DNA of 64,000 nucleotides from the human T2T-CHM13v2.0 reference genome, Homo sapiens. Where the stretch lies: NCBI GenBank assembly GCA_009914755.4, contig CP068257.2:39488001-39552000 (forward strand). The letters are read 5' to 3'. The position numbers were made by a program, and so were the translations under genes. The notes beneath the pieces were generated by a model that was not told the DNA's origin, ran no database searches, and saw only the letters and a list, made by a program, of their open reading frames with translations. This document shows, piece after piece, positions 31,337-43,500 of the stretch. The stretch's first letter is position 1; each line of letters opens with the position of its first letter.

Positions 31337-32079
31337 GTAAACCCTGAGCCATCACCACAAGGAAAAGTGAAACAGTCTGGAGGGAAAGAGAGAGGAGGAA
31401 ATCAACAACTACAGCAAAGTGTTACTCTCAATGTCAACAGCACAGACAGGCACAGGGTGTGGTGAACACAGCGAGGTCAGCCAGCTTTTGCAGACCTTGG
31501 TATTAATGAAGTATTTCCAGAGAAGGTACCAGACCCAGGGAATGGGACCTGGAGGAGAAAGCCTCAGGGGGCAGCTCCAAGAAGAAGGAAAAGCATGTGT
31601 GACAGAACCAGGCTGTGAGGGAGCCAGCCTTCTACAGGAAGAAGACCCCTCTGAGCCTACTGTGAAATCAGCAGCCCACCAGCAGGAGCAAAGAGTATAG
31701 GGAAAAAACACCCAAGTGAAAGTATTTGCATATTTCAACAGAGAATGTGTGTGTGCACGTGTGTGTGTGTGTGTGTTTGCACAAGCACATTTCACTTCTT
31801 GGTCAAGACATTCCACTTCATGGAGTTAAATCTCTTATCGCCACTCTTTCCAATCCCTGGCCCCCAGAATTACTGATTCTTAATTACAAAGATAAGCTGA
31901 CAAAGTCCTTACATTAAAGAGGGCTTGCTACAGAAACACACCCCTGGGCCTAGGAAGGTTCAGTAATCTACCCCAGTCAAACAGGTGGTGGGAGATGGAG
32001 CTGAGATTAGGACTCAAAGGGCTGGACTCCAGGGTCTGCACTGTTAGACTCTGTGCTCTCCTTCCCCAGTCATAAACAC

Positions 32080-32258
32080 GGAGGAGACTTCTGCTCCTCC
32101 TTCTGGGCTTGGAGTGTGTCCCTTTCCCTGGAAGAGACTTTCTTCATCCATGGCTTTGTCCCCGTGAGTTGGCTGCCTTGGTTGCAGCATTGGCAACAAA
32201 GTCTCTTCCAGGGAAAGGGGCACACTCCAAGCCTGGAAGGAGGAGCAGAAGTCAGAGG
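32080..32258. repeat. near-perfect palindrome: 58-bp arms around a 58-nt loop
   Basis: Arm 1 (32080-32140) 'ggaggagacttctgctcctccttctgggcttggagtgtgtccctttccctggaagagactt' is the reverse complement of arm 2 (32199-32258) 'aagtctcttccagggaaaggggcacactccaagcctggaaggaggagcagaagtcagagg', with about 3 mismatches. This produces the mirrored ORFs 32044..32298(-) and 32053..32280(+). Confidence 0.9.
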
Positions 32259-33445
32259 ACCCAGGGAAGGAGGGGTTTAGGGAAAGGGGATATCCCAAGC
32301 AAAATGAACAGCGGTTGCACTGACACAGTGGTGTGAACGCACCTGGCTCCTTCAGGATGATATATGGGGGAATGGATACCTGAAGCCAGGAGAGAGAGGA
32401 TGTTGGATGGAATGAATAATGAACAAGGAAAACTGTTCTGAGAGGTCACAGATTAAAATAAACCTAGAATGTGTTGGCCACCTCTTCTCAGAAGTGGATA
32501 ATGAACAAAACTCTTCTTCAATCGGTTAAGCCAAAGGCAAAAGCCTGGGACATGCAAACGCCCCTCCTTTTATGCAGCTAATTATACCCGGAGTCCAGGT
32601 GAGACTCGATGAGTTAATGAGGATCCACTCAAAGTCTATCACGGTCCAGAGACAGAGCTAGACCCAGACATGTCCCCTGTCCTCACCAAGCTCGTAGGCT
32701 AAAGGAACACAGACAAAGCAAGCAAGCAAGCAAGTATAATGCGGCCTGGTAAGTGCCAGATCGGGATGGTTCCCTTTTCCAGGCTTGATTCCGCAGAGGC
32801 AAACCTGGACACAAGGAGTTGAGCACAGCAGTTAATTTGGGATGTGAGCCAAGAAACACTCATGGAGGAGCAGGGAAATGAGACAGAGAAAGGAAGGAAC
32901 CCATGCACAGTGCACAGTGGGCACCTGGGCCCAACCCCACTGGGGACGTCTAGGAGGCTGCATACGTGGTACATGCCCCCAGGCTGTACTGGCAAGCAGG
33001 GAGGAGCTGGGTGTTTAGCCACTACCTCCCATCCACCGCTGAGGAAGGGCTGTTCTTGACACACAAATTTGCTGACATTTAGTGAGCCCCTGTTCTAACA
33101 TGCAATCCTGTGGCAGGAGGAGGTGGCCCTGGGGAAGAAAATCAGGGGCAAGGGTCAATGCAGCCATCAGGCAATATGGGGGTTCAGGAGGCTTCCTGGA
33201 TGTGCTGGTGCTTAAGCTAAGAGCCAGTTGCAAAGCTGGAGTCAGTTGGGCAAGGAGAATGAAGGAGTAGCGTATCCCTGGTAGGAACGGCACTAACCAT
33301 ATTCACCAAAACTGCTTATGTGTGTATTTTGTTCCCCGCGGGGAGTAAATTCCAATGATTAGGTCTTATTCATCTTTTTATAAACCTTCCTCAAGTGTTT
33401 GTTCCCTTTGGGCTGGGCCAGAAAAATCTAAGATAAAGAAGTGTG

Positions 33446-33807
<362 letters not shown>

Positions 33808-36800
33808 CTAGCTTCAGGAAGAGATGGCCACCAAAAAAGAATGATCAAGATGAAACTCTTACCACCACAAAGAAAGTGTAAAAATTGCTGGGGGGTTACA
33901 CAACTTTGAGTGGAAGAGGCCATGCAATTTGTTTTGAAAAAAAAAAGTACTATTATTTTACAAAACCAAATATATTGTTTAATTAAAATGTATAGAATGC
34001 ATAACATTCTATAAGTGGAATCACATTATACATGCCAAATTTAAAAAAAAAATATCCACAATATGCTGTGGGAGCTATTTATACTCATAAACATAGCTCT
34101 AGAACGTTCTAGAATATCATATTGTATCAGATTTCTATGCATTCTTTTTAGCCTATCTATACCTTATGGTCTTTAAAGAAGGCTAATGCAAGTAAATACC
34201 TGCTTTCTTTTTTCTTCACTTCCTTGAATGTTTCTTGCGTTTTCTTTGAAATAAGAAGCCATTTTCCTCGAGCATTTATTCACACCATAGCCTATGCAAC
34301 AATGCAAGACACCATGGTTTTGTGGGTCCAGGCCATTCCTTTATTTGGGGGGCCTTTGATGTCCCAGAGCAAGTTCTCACCAGAGCTGACCTCATTGTTT
34401 GGACACAGGATCCTGCCAGACCTACCTTATACTGACATCTGCTGGTCATCTCGAGGTCATCTTCAGTAATAGTTAAAATGGAGAAAGACTTTGAGTTGTT
34501 TCCCAGAGTATGCTGAAATTTTTCCCTCAGTTTTCAAGGCTTTAACCAAGACATGCAACAATTTTTCTGGGCAGCTATGTCTGTAATAGAATACATATCT
34601 GTTGGGTCTTGTTTTTCTCCATCTTATGTCATCTATTGCTGCTACTTGCAATTGGTTAGACCAGCTATCCTCACTCAACACTATCCCGGGAGCATTTGTG
34701 ATGGAAAAAAAAAATGGGAAACTTACATAAACTGTTCCCCATTTTTTTGTTTGTTTTCACAAATTATCCTCAGATCCTGAGCTTAGGTCTTCCACAGAAT
34801 GAATATAAGGGGGATGGGAGGACAGGGAGCATGGAGAAGCGACTTTGAGAAGAGCTTGTGTCCAATGCCAGCTCCTCACTCTCCATAACACTGTGTCACA
34901 GTGGCTCCAGCCACTCGTAAGAGCCAGTCCCATCACAGGAATTTCAGTGGCAGAAAACTAAAATGGTTATCCATCATTCTGGAAAATAGCTTAAAACTGA
35001 AAGGCAACCTTCCAGAACCCGAGTTCCTACAAAAAGAAACTCCTCCTAGAGAGTGAGCTTCTACTCCCCTTCCATCCGTGCCTGCCACTCCCCACTGGTG
35101 CACCCCTGCCCTTGCCCCTCACATGACACTGTGGTCCCAGAAAGCAATTAGACTCCCAGGTCCCGTGGAACTGGGTTCAAATCCCCTCTCCAAGCCTCAT
35201 TTGTGTGAACATGAGTTAGTAATAAAACTTTTCTAAGACTCTCTTTCCTCAACTGTAAAATACATAAATTACGATAACAACACGGAATGGAAATGTGGTC
35301 GTGAGGACTGAGATGGAATCACTTTCCCCCTCAGCCTCGCAGCAGATGTCCAGCCTCTGCTCTCTCCCTTTTTTGGCTTAGTTTCCAAGTTTTATTCAAG
35401 AACTCATACAAAATATTCCGGATAAATGATGTCTAATCCTCATCTTCCTCCTCTTCTTTTTTTTTTTTGGTTAATTTGGAAGTAACATAATTTGTAAGTC
35501 TCTGTGCTGTTAGTAACGAGACACAATCAAACACAGAGATTGTTGCTCAAATATTTTTTGGTGAGATATTGCAAATACCATTTGGAAAAAAAGCACCTCC
35601 TCCTTCCTGCCTCGTTGGCCTGCTCCCTGTGAGAGCCTGGATCTTAAAAGCAATCTCCACCTTCTCCCACACCTGCAGTCAAGATGTTCCCCACTATGGC
35701 ACTGAAGCCACTCTCAGCAAGCCCATCTGTGACCTATTGATGATTTTTACGTCCTCTTCTGGCTTGCCTTCTGAGGATTTCATCGCACCCACTTCCCTAG
35801 TTTTCCTTCTGCTCCACTCCAGGTCAGACCCCTTTACTAGATCTTCCTCCTCAACCCCTTTCAGAAGGGGCAGCTCAGAGGTCACCCTTAGATGCCCATC
35901 TTTGACTTTCCCCTAGTTGAGGTCCCACAGCTGTATTACCTCTATGCTGATGATGCCTATACCAGTAGTTCAGCCCTACCTCTCCCTGAGCTCCAGGCTC
36001 ATATATCCAACTATTTCCAGGACATCTCTTTTGGATGCTGTGCGGGACATTTTTACACACCACCTCACATCCTCTCAGCCCACCCTTTTGCTCCAGCTGT
36101 TGCTGTGGTAACCAGCTGCACACAGGAGGGGCTGATTCCACCTGCAGCCTGAGGCCACGCACACCTCTCGGTTCTCCCCCAGGACAGCTTGGCTGCTGTA
36201 ACTGTGGCACCTGCAGGAGCCCACTCAGTCAGTCACAGGGGGAGCCATCGTACACCTGGAAGAGTAAGAGAGTTGACACGCCCAGGCAGCCCTTGGTAGG
36301 GAGTGGAAACTGGTGGTGATCCTGTCCCCTCCCACTTCCCAGCAAGACCCAGCCCAGATGTCCACAGCAGGGATCAGCTCCAGAACATACTCAGCGTTGG
36401 GCTTCCCTCCTCGGTCTCACTTCTTCCCAGTCCCTGAGATCGCTTTCCCACACAAATAATATGCAGCTCTGCTCTTCTCAAAGGATCTGCTTGTGGGGGG
36501 AATCCAAACTAAGGCCCCTCAAACATAACAGAAAATGTTACTCTTCCAGCTTCGTTTCTCCCCTGCCCCATCTTCACATCTCAACAAATGGAACTGATAG
36601 CAGTGGTAGCCTGTCTGGAGCAGCCACTGGGAAGACGGCTGCAGTGGCGGAGGTATAGCCAGGGTTGCACACTCTGCAGGGCTGGTGGGAGCCAGGAACA
36701 GGCGGGAGCCCAGCCACAGCTCCAGACCCAGGCATCCCAGTGCTCTTGGAGGCCCGGGAAGTCCCTGCCCCTGCAGGCTCAGAAGTGCTTGTTCTGCTCC

Positions 36801-38715
36801 AGCCATCTGGCCGTTCCCCTCTACGGGTGCCTGTTCCAGTGAGGAGCAAAGTTGTGGCAGAGCCTGGGTGCTGTCACAACCCAGCTGGGTGTGTGCATGC
36901 TCAGGGTGGTGCTGACCTGCCAGCCCCATGCAGCTTCATTCCTTTCAGAACTTTGAGCATCAACAAGCATTGGAGGGAGGTGAGGGGGGGATGAGGGCAC
37001 CTTGGCGTAGGCCTGCAGGCACCCCTCAGCATGAACAGCCTGGGGGCCGTGGATGGTATGTTGATGGCAGAAAGGAGAGAGGTTCCTGGGTAGAATGGGG
37101 TGGCCCCTGGTAAAACCCCACCTTTAAGCCAGGGACACCCTAAAGCCTGGGGGGCTGGGCTGCCAGTTCTGGGTGGAGTCTGCAGCTCTGAGTGAGAAGT
37201 TATGGTGTTTTTTCCAGGCCTGCCCATGGCCACTCATGGACCAATCAGCACGTACTTCCTCCCTTCTGAGCCCATAAAAACCCCTGGACTTACCCAGACT
37301 CACATAGATGTCGAGACTACCAGCTGCAGAAAGGAGCTACCCATTTTGGGTCTCCTCGACTCATTTGAATGACCTCCCTGTGAAAAGGAGCTATCCACTT
37401 TGGGTCTCCTGAGAGCTTGTTCTGTCACTCAGTGAAGCTCCTCTCCACCTTGCTCACCCTCCAGTTGTCTGCATGCCTCATTCTTTCTGCACACTGGACA
37501 AGAACTCAAGACCCACTGAATGGCAGGACAGAAAGAGCTGTAATTCAAACAGGGCTGAAACACCTGCCCCTGCTCACCACTGTGCGTGATGAGAAGGAGA
37601 AAAGAGCTGTGGCCCTTCGGGGAGCCCAGATCTAGGAGCTCCCCAAGCCAGGGCTGTGACACCCTCTTTGGGGATCTGCAGTTCCTGGTGTCTCCAAGCT
37701 TCCAGGTGCCACTGTGTTCCCCTCGTCCAGTTGTGGGTGCCCACAGCAGAAGCCACATGCAGTACATCTGGTCCAGCCACAGCTTCGCACAGAGCTAGCA
37801 CCTGTGCTGGCACCTGGAGCTGCCTGCCCCACTGTAGCAGCTGGCATGCCTGGCCATGCACAGTGGCTGGATGCCCCCACCACACACCCCTTGCTGCTCC
37901 ACACCTGGCTGACCCGTGGTAGGTGTGGGATCTGGGCTGATAGCGTGAGCCAAGCACAGGCTGCCGGGCTGAGTGGGTGGGACAAGCCCACTGGGTGCAA
38001 GCAATACTCAGGCAGAAAGTGCCACCGACCACAGAGGTTTCCAGCTGGCGAAGTGACAGCCCAAGGATCCCGTGACAGAACCACATCTGCCCCATGTCTC
38101 ATGTCAATCTTAACTCCTCATGCTTTACCTTGTCCTGCAGGGTCCATCTATCAGCAAGATCTACCAGCTCTGGCTTCAAAATAGTCCCCAGATCTGTCCA
38201 CCTTTCTCCGTTCTTCTTTCTCCGTCAGGATAACATAGTCCAAGCCACGACCATAGCAACAGACTCCTAACTTGTTCCCCCCTCTTCCATTCTCAGCCCC
38301 AACAATCCTTCCTCCACCAGGCAGCCAGAGTGGCCTGTTAGTCTTGGAGAGGTAAACAGTAGCATATCTTTGCCCCACTCAGTGCCCTCCAACGGTGAGC
38401 CATCGAAAGCCTGCTCAGCTCTGAGACTGTTGCACCCTCTCATGGAAAGTTCAACAAGAGTGAGCACAGGTTGGACATGTTGAGTTTACTGTTTATTTTA
38501 TGACATACTTCCAAAACCCTCTTAAAGAGAATATCCCGAATATATTGTGCTGCAGAAAACATGCAGCTTCATTCCCTGCCTTTACTCACTTTTTTACAGT
38601 GTTTTCTGTTTCTGCTATATATTATTACTCTCTGGTCTTTTTATCAATAATCACTTACACAGAATATGGGCTGGGAGGATTTCTCAAAGGGAGGTCCTGA
38701 CCATCTGCAGAGCGG

Positions 38716-39100
38716 ATGTAGTTTGGATGTGTGTCCCCTCTAAATCTCATGCTGATTGTAATCTCCAGTGTTGGAGGTGGGGCCTGGTGGGAGGTAGGAG
38801 GTGTTTGGGCCATGGAGACGGATCCCTCCTGGCTTGGTGACGTCCATGTGACAGTGAGTGAGTGCTTGTGAGATCTGGTTGAGATCTTGCTTGCCCTCTG
38901 TCTCTCACCATGTGACACGCCTACTCCCACTTCACCTTCTACCATGAGTAAAAGCTCCCTGAGGCCTCCCCAGAAGCTGAGCAGATGCCGGCACCATGTC
39001 TGTACAGTCCGCAGAACCACGAGCCAATTAAATCTCTTTTCTTCATAAATTGCCCAGTCTTAGGTATTCCTTTATAGCAATGCAAGAACAGCCTAACACA
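38716..39100 (+). mobile_element. MaLR solo LTR (MST/THE1 family)
   Basis: 'gatgtagtttggatgtgtgtcccctctaaatctcatgctgattgtaatctccagtgttggaggtggggcctggtgggaggt' ... 'aattaaatctcttttcttcataaattgcccagtcttaggtattcctttatagcaatgcaagaacagcctaacac'. Confidence 0.7.
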
Positions 39101-39458
39101 AGGTCCAATGCTGTCCCCTGCACCACATCCTTCCCGAGTCCCCTACTACCTCCACTGCCCCTTTGAGGGCTACACGGCTGCATTTGGCATCTGCACATGG
39201 GATCCCCTGCATAAGAAGGAGCTGCCACTCATCTGAACAGCACAAACAGGCCACGGCAGGATTCCTCACATCTTCTGAACCTTCACACTGCCTTAGCGGC
39301 AGTGGCTCTCCAAGGCACCCGCTCATGGAAAGGGGCCCTGTGTGATCCTCAAGCACCCGGGGTCACCCAGTCCTTTCTCCTCAGTTTATGGGTACACCAG
39401 CCTGTCTGAAGCCCAGACAGTCCACAGGCATCCAGAGCTTAGCAGGTCACTACTCAAA

Positions 39459-39592
39459 CTCGTCATGATGATGCCCATTCTGTAAATGAGAAAATGGAGG
39501 GAGAGGATAAAGAACTGGCCTAAGGTCTCAACCGTTGTTCATTGTTGAGTGCAAGACTGAATGCCATAGCCCTTGACACCACAGCTGCTTTC
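39459..39592 (+). repeat. inverted-repeat arm A (134 bp)
   Basis: 'ctcgtcatgatgatgcccattctgtaaatgagaaaatggagggagaggataaagaactggcctaaggtctcaaccgttgttcattgttgagtgcaagactgaatgccatagcccttgacaccacagctgctttc'. Confidence 0.9.
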
Positions 39593-39712
39593 TCCTGCTC
39601 TGTGCTAGGAGGCCACAGCTGTCCATACCCCAGGACACTGACCTACACCAGTGCATGTGACCACCGCCACATGAGATACTGCCTGCCTCAGGAGTCACTG
39701 TGCTTCAGAGGA

Positions 39713-39964
39713 CACCTACACTTGCACACACCACAAAAGCTCACACATGCATTCACAACACACGCAACACACATGCACACACAACACATGCACTCACAAC
39801 ACACATGCAACACAATACACACACGTGCACAACACACATGCACACTTCTGCACACACCACACATCATACATGCACATACACAACACAACCATGACCCCAA
39901 TACACAGCACATATGCACACATGCGCATACATACATGCACTCAGCACATACACATACACACACG
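39713..39964. repeat. CA / CACATG-rich low-complexity tract (spacer of the inverted repeat)
   Basis: 'cacacaccacaaaagctcacacatgcattcacaacacacgcaacacacatgcacacacaacacatgcactcacaac...'. It explains the His/Thr-rich ORFs 39542..39997 and 39747..40163. Confidence 0.85.
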
Positions 39965-40090
39965 GCCCCCACAGAGGTTTTGTGCTTATGCTTATGACCC
40001 AGAGACTATTCAAGTGCATGTGGGGTCCATGCAATTTCTCCTGGCCACCTGCCCTCCCTCCCGCTCCCACGGCTTCCTCTCTACTCTCTG

Positions 40091-40225
40091 GAAAGCAGCT
40101 GTGGTGTCAAGGGCTATAGCATTCAGTCCTGCACTCAACAGTGAACAACGGTTGAGACCTTAGGCCAGTTCTTTATCCTCTCCCTACATTTTCTCATTTA
40201 CAGAATGGGCATCATCATGATGAGC
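40091..40225 (-). repeat. inverted-repeat arm B (135 bp), reverse complement of arm A with about 5 mismatches
   Basis: 'gaaagcagctgtggtgtcaagggctatagcattcagtcctgcactcaacagtgaacaacggttgagaccttaggccagttctttatcctctccctacattttctcatttacagaatgggcatcatcatgatgagc'. Confidence 0.9.
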
Positions 40226-40239
40226 CTGCAATAAAAAAT

Positions 40240-40540
40240 TCACGCGATGTTGCTGAGACCCTCAGTGCACTTCCACACGGGCGCGCTTGCTCCTTCAACG
40301 ATTGCCGCCTCTGTAGCGCATCAGATCCCACTTCACAGGGCAGGTCTCAGGAGATGGGTGCTGCGGGCACCCCGGGTTGGAGCCAGTTTCCCAAGGCAGA
40401 GTGCTCCTGGGCTACTGCTTGACTGATGAGCACAAACCCCGGGACAGGAGGGAGGGACAGGGGCAGAGCGAGGCTGCAGAGAGGCCGATTGTCAGTGTGG
40501 ACTCTGCAACAGCCTGTGCGATCCCAGGACAGCACCCTGG
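40240..40540. promoter_or_regulatory. CpG-enriched patch (about 14 CpG in 300 bp) flanking arm B; possible small CpG-island-like element
   Basis: 'cacgcgatg..acgggcgcgcttgctccttcaacgattgccgcctctgtagcgcatc..gctgcgggcaccccgggttgg..aaccccgggac..gcagagcgaggc..ggccgattg..gtgcgatccc'. The rest of the window is strongly CpG-depleted. Confidence 0.25.
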
Positions 40541-43500
40541 AAGGCTTATAAACCTCTCAGGAGCATCCCTTGGGGAGTACACCCCCCTTACCCCACCCAG
40601 TCCTCAAAGAAGGCCACACTGCATGGGAGTGGCTCTGAAGAGGGCCCTGTGTGGTGACAGCAGGGAAGCCCTGGGTGGGAGGCAAGAGGGGCAGGCGTGA
40701 GCAGGTGGCGCACTGTCGGGTGCACACGTGCGAAGCTGGTCAGATTCACCCCAAAAGAACACAAGGTACAGAAGTGCCTCGAGGACCTGAACTGGGGCAG
40801 AAGAGGCTCTGCTACACCCTTGTTTCCAAATCAAATCATCATCCCTGCGGAGCCCTCTGGCTGTCCGTCCTTTGTTTTCTTTCTTCTCTTGACTCCTGTT
40901 ACCTCCGCATTTCTCAACTCTTATGGGGAAAGTTTGGACTTTTGAGGATACTGTTAGCCCAAAAAGCATCCTTTCATTCTGCCAGAGAAATTGACCATGC
41001 TCAGCATGCTGGGTTCCATCTGCAGAGCCACTCACGCTCCCGGCCTGGTTCCACGCCCAGCAGTGTCGCTGCTGCCGCCATGTATTCTGTTGCTATCGTT
41101 CCTGTAGTTGTCAGCACTGTGTTGTGTTGCTGTTTGTGGTGGTGGTGGTGGTGGTGTTTGAGTCCTGGGATCACTGCAAACCCCAGAATTCTTCAGATCC
41201 AGAGCTTGCTAGAATTTGGAACAACTGAGTCTGCCATATCCCCTTGTTCCCACAGTATCTAGCATGTGCCTGACACATTGTGAATGAGGATTCATTGAGC
41301 AATGTCCCTGGGGGATAAATATCATTAAATTGGAAGCAAATAAAAAATGGTAGCAGACATCCAACTCACCTATTTATGGGTGACTCCCAGGCATGGAACT
41401 GGAAAGCCCCAAATTCCCATGGCATGCAGAGTATGCACCATGAGGAACTGGACAGAGCAGGAAGTTTAATGTGTTGGATGCTGCCCAGCAGGCTGCATCC
41501 TGCTTGGTGTGGGTGAGTGACACTTGCCACTGGAACTTTTCTTGACCCAGAATTCTTCAAACATTCCATTGTGGGAATGGCTGCTTTTGATTTCCCTTAT
41601 GGCTTCAGCCTGGATTAAACCCGGGTGGGGGTTGTTATCTGCACAGGGAGCCAAGAGTGTGGGGCCACAGGCAGAGGCTGTGCAAGGAATTGGAAGTTCC
41701 TTGGCCATCATCTGTCGGTTGTGGCTTGCATGGATGGGCTGGCCAGGATGTGGCCCCCCTTGTGCCACAGCTCCCCACCCTCTGCCAAAGAAAGTCAGGT
41801 TCACAGAGGCATTTTTTTGGTCTTGTTTCATTTATTGCTGAATTCCTGGGCCCTAGACCAGTGTCTGGCTAGCGCATGTTGAATAAGTCATTCAATCAAT
41901 CAATCAGTCAACTGGAGACTTAGATGAGCTAAGAATTAAGCAGACCAAAATTTTTGGCTGCCTACTTAATATTGCAGAATTAATCAAAACTGGTTTTTAC
42001 TGTGTTCATTTTGGACACCTCTATGTAATCTCTCTCTGTCTCTCTCTCTTTCTCTCTCTACCCTCCGCCACCCCTCTCACAAAAACAAAAACACTACCCA
42101 TTCACTCCTTGAATTATAGGAGGATATGGGAATTGGGATGAAAAATTCCCCAATACTTATAAATTCCTTCCTGTTCTAGTACCACCATCTCCAAACATCT
42201 CATTGGGGGCAAAAAAAATAAAATTTAAAATTGTGTCTGCATATGAAACCTCTCAAAACCGAAAAGAGAAAACAAGGATTTTTCCCTCTCTCTATTTTGA
42301 AATTGGCTTAAAAAGGAGTTTGAGAAAATCTTGTCCATCTGCTGCCCAGCCTTCACTCTGCTGAGCATTGCTCAGTCAGGGTTACATGAAGCTGAAGAAA
42401 TAATGGAAAGGCACAGAAAACCTCATCCCAACCCACACCGCTAAGCATTTTCCAAAACAGCACTCTTGCCAAATGGGCTTTTGGCTTCATCCACTCGAAC
42501 AACTTTCTTGCTCACTGCTAAGAGGAGGCGTTTTGGCAGGGAAAGGAATGCATGGTGCGAGTCTGACATTCCATTCCAGTGGAGACACAGGGTAAGAGAC
42601 AGGTGACGCTACCTAGTGTCCTCTGTGCAGAGCGTTCCTCCTGCCACACACTCATCCTCCTGTCAGCCAGTTCCAGCAGGCAGCTGCCTCTCTGCCCCAC
42701 ACTGCCCCTAGCAGCTGCTTGCTGATGGATTCATTTCACGGATTGTGTGTTTAGGGCATGCGGTCCGCCAGGCACTGTGGTAAGTGCTTGATGTATATGA
42801 ACTCTATACAACCTACAAGGTCGGTATTACTGTTCTGCCTGTTTTACAGATGAGGAGGCTGAGGTCCAAGTCAGGGACCTTGCCCAAGGCCACACGGCTG
42901 GGAGATGTCAGAGCCAGGATCCCTCCTGGGGCCTTTTGGTTCCAGCTGTGGGCTTCCCCCGCACATGGTGCTCTCCCTCCTGTGGCCGCACCTGCCCGTA
43001 TCTCGCCCCTCCAGAGCCCAGGTGGCCACAGAGCTGATCTGACCAACCCTCCTCCTGAACAGGAGTTGGAAGATGGTCTCCAGAACCCACCCCAGCCCAC
43101 CTGGGGCCTTCCAGAACCCATTCCCTTCCATTTGCCATTTAAACTGGAGGGCAAGGGCTCTCAGAGGAGATGCTTCTGGCTACTTGAGACCAATACACAT
43201 GCATCAAAGAGCCAGTACGTGCCAGGCTCCACCATGGTAAGTGTTCTCAGCATGCTGGAAAACCTTGGACAATTCCTTCCCTGTCTCTTGCTTCAGTCCG
43301 AGGACCGTTGAAAGACTAAGCTGGGGCTGGGAGCCACGGAGGATTTTCTGAGCACACTGGAAAGCCCGAAGGTCGGCCCAGGGTCTCATGGGGAATATTC
43401 AAGAAGGTTCAGGGTCCCATGTACCCAGTTTTACCGCTGTTGGTTACCACTAACATTTGCTTTGTGGGCCATTTCAATATTTATTTGGTTATAAATGCCC

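Noticed and set aside
36461-38184. Many 100-170 aa ORFs overlapping on both strands
   Set aside because: The sequence is GC-rich and CpG-poor, probably an ERV remnant. Low stop-codon frequency explains ORF length. There is no strand asymmetry or codon periodicity visible by eye.
40651-41262. 203-aa ORF containing a Kozak-like 'gccgccATGt' at about 41076 followed by a hydrophobic stretch
   Set aside because: The downstream sequence includes a (TGG)6 run giving WWWWWW and then terminates. There is no splice donor or conservation cue, so it is most likely chance.
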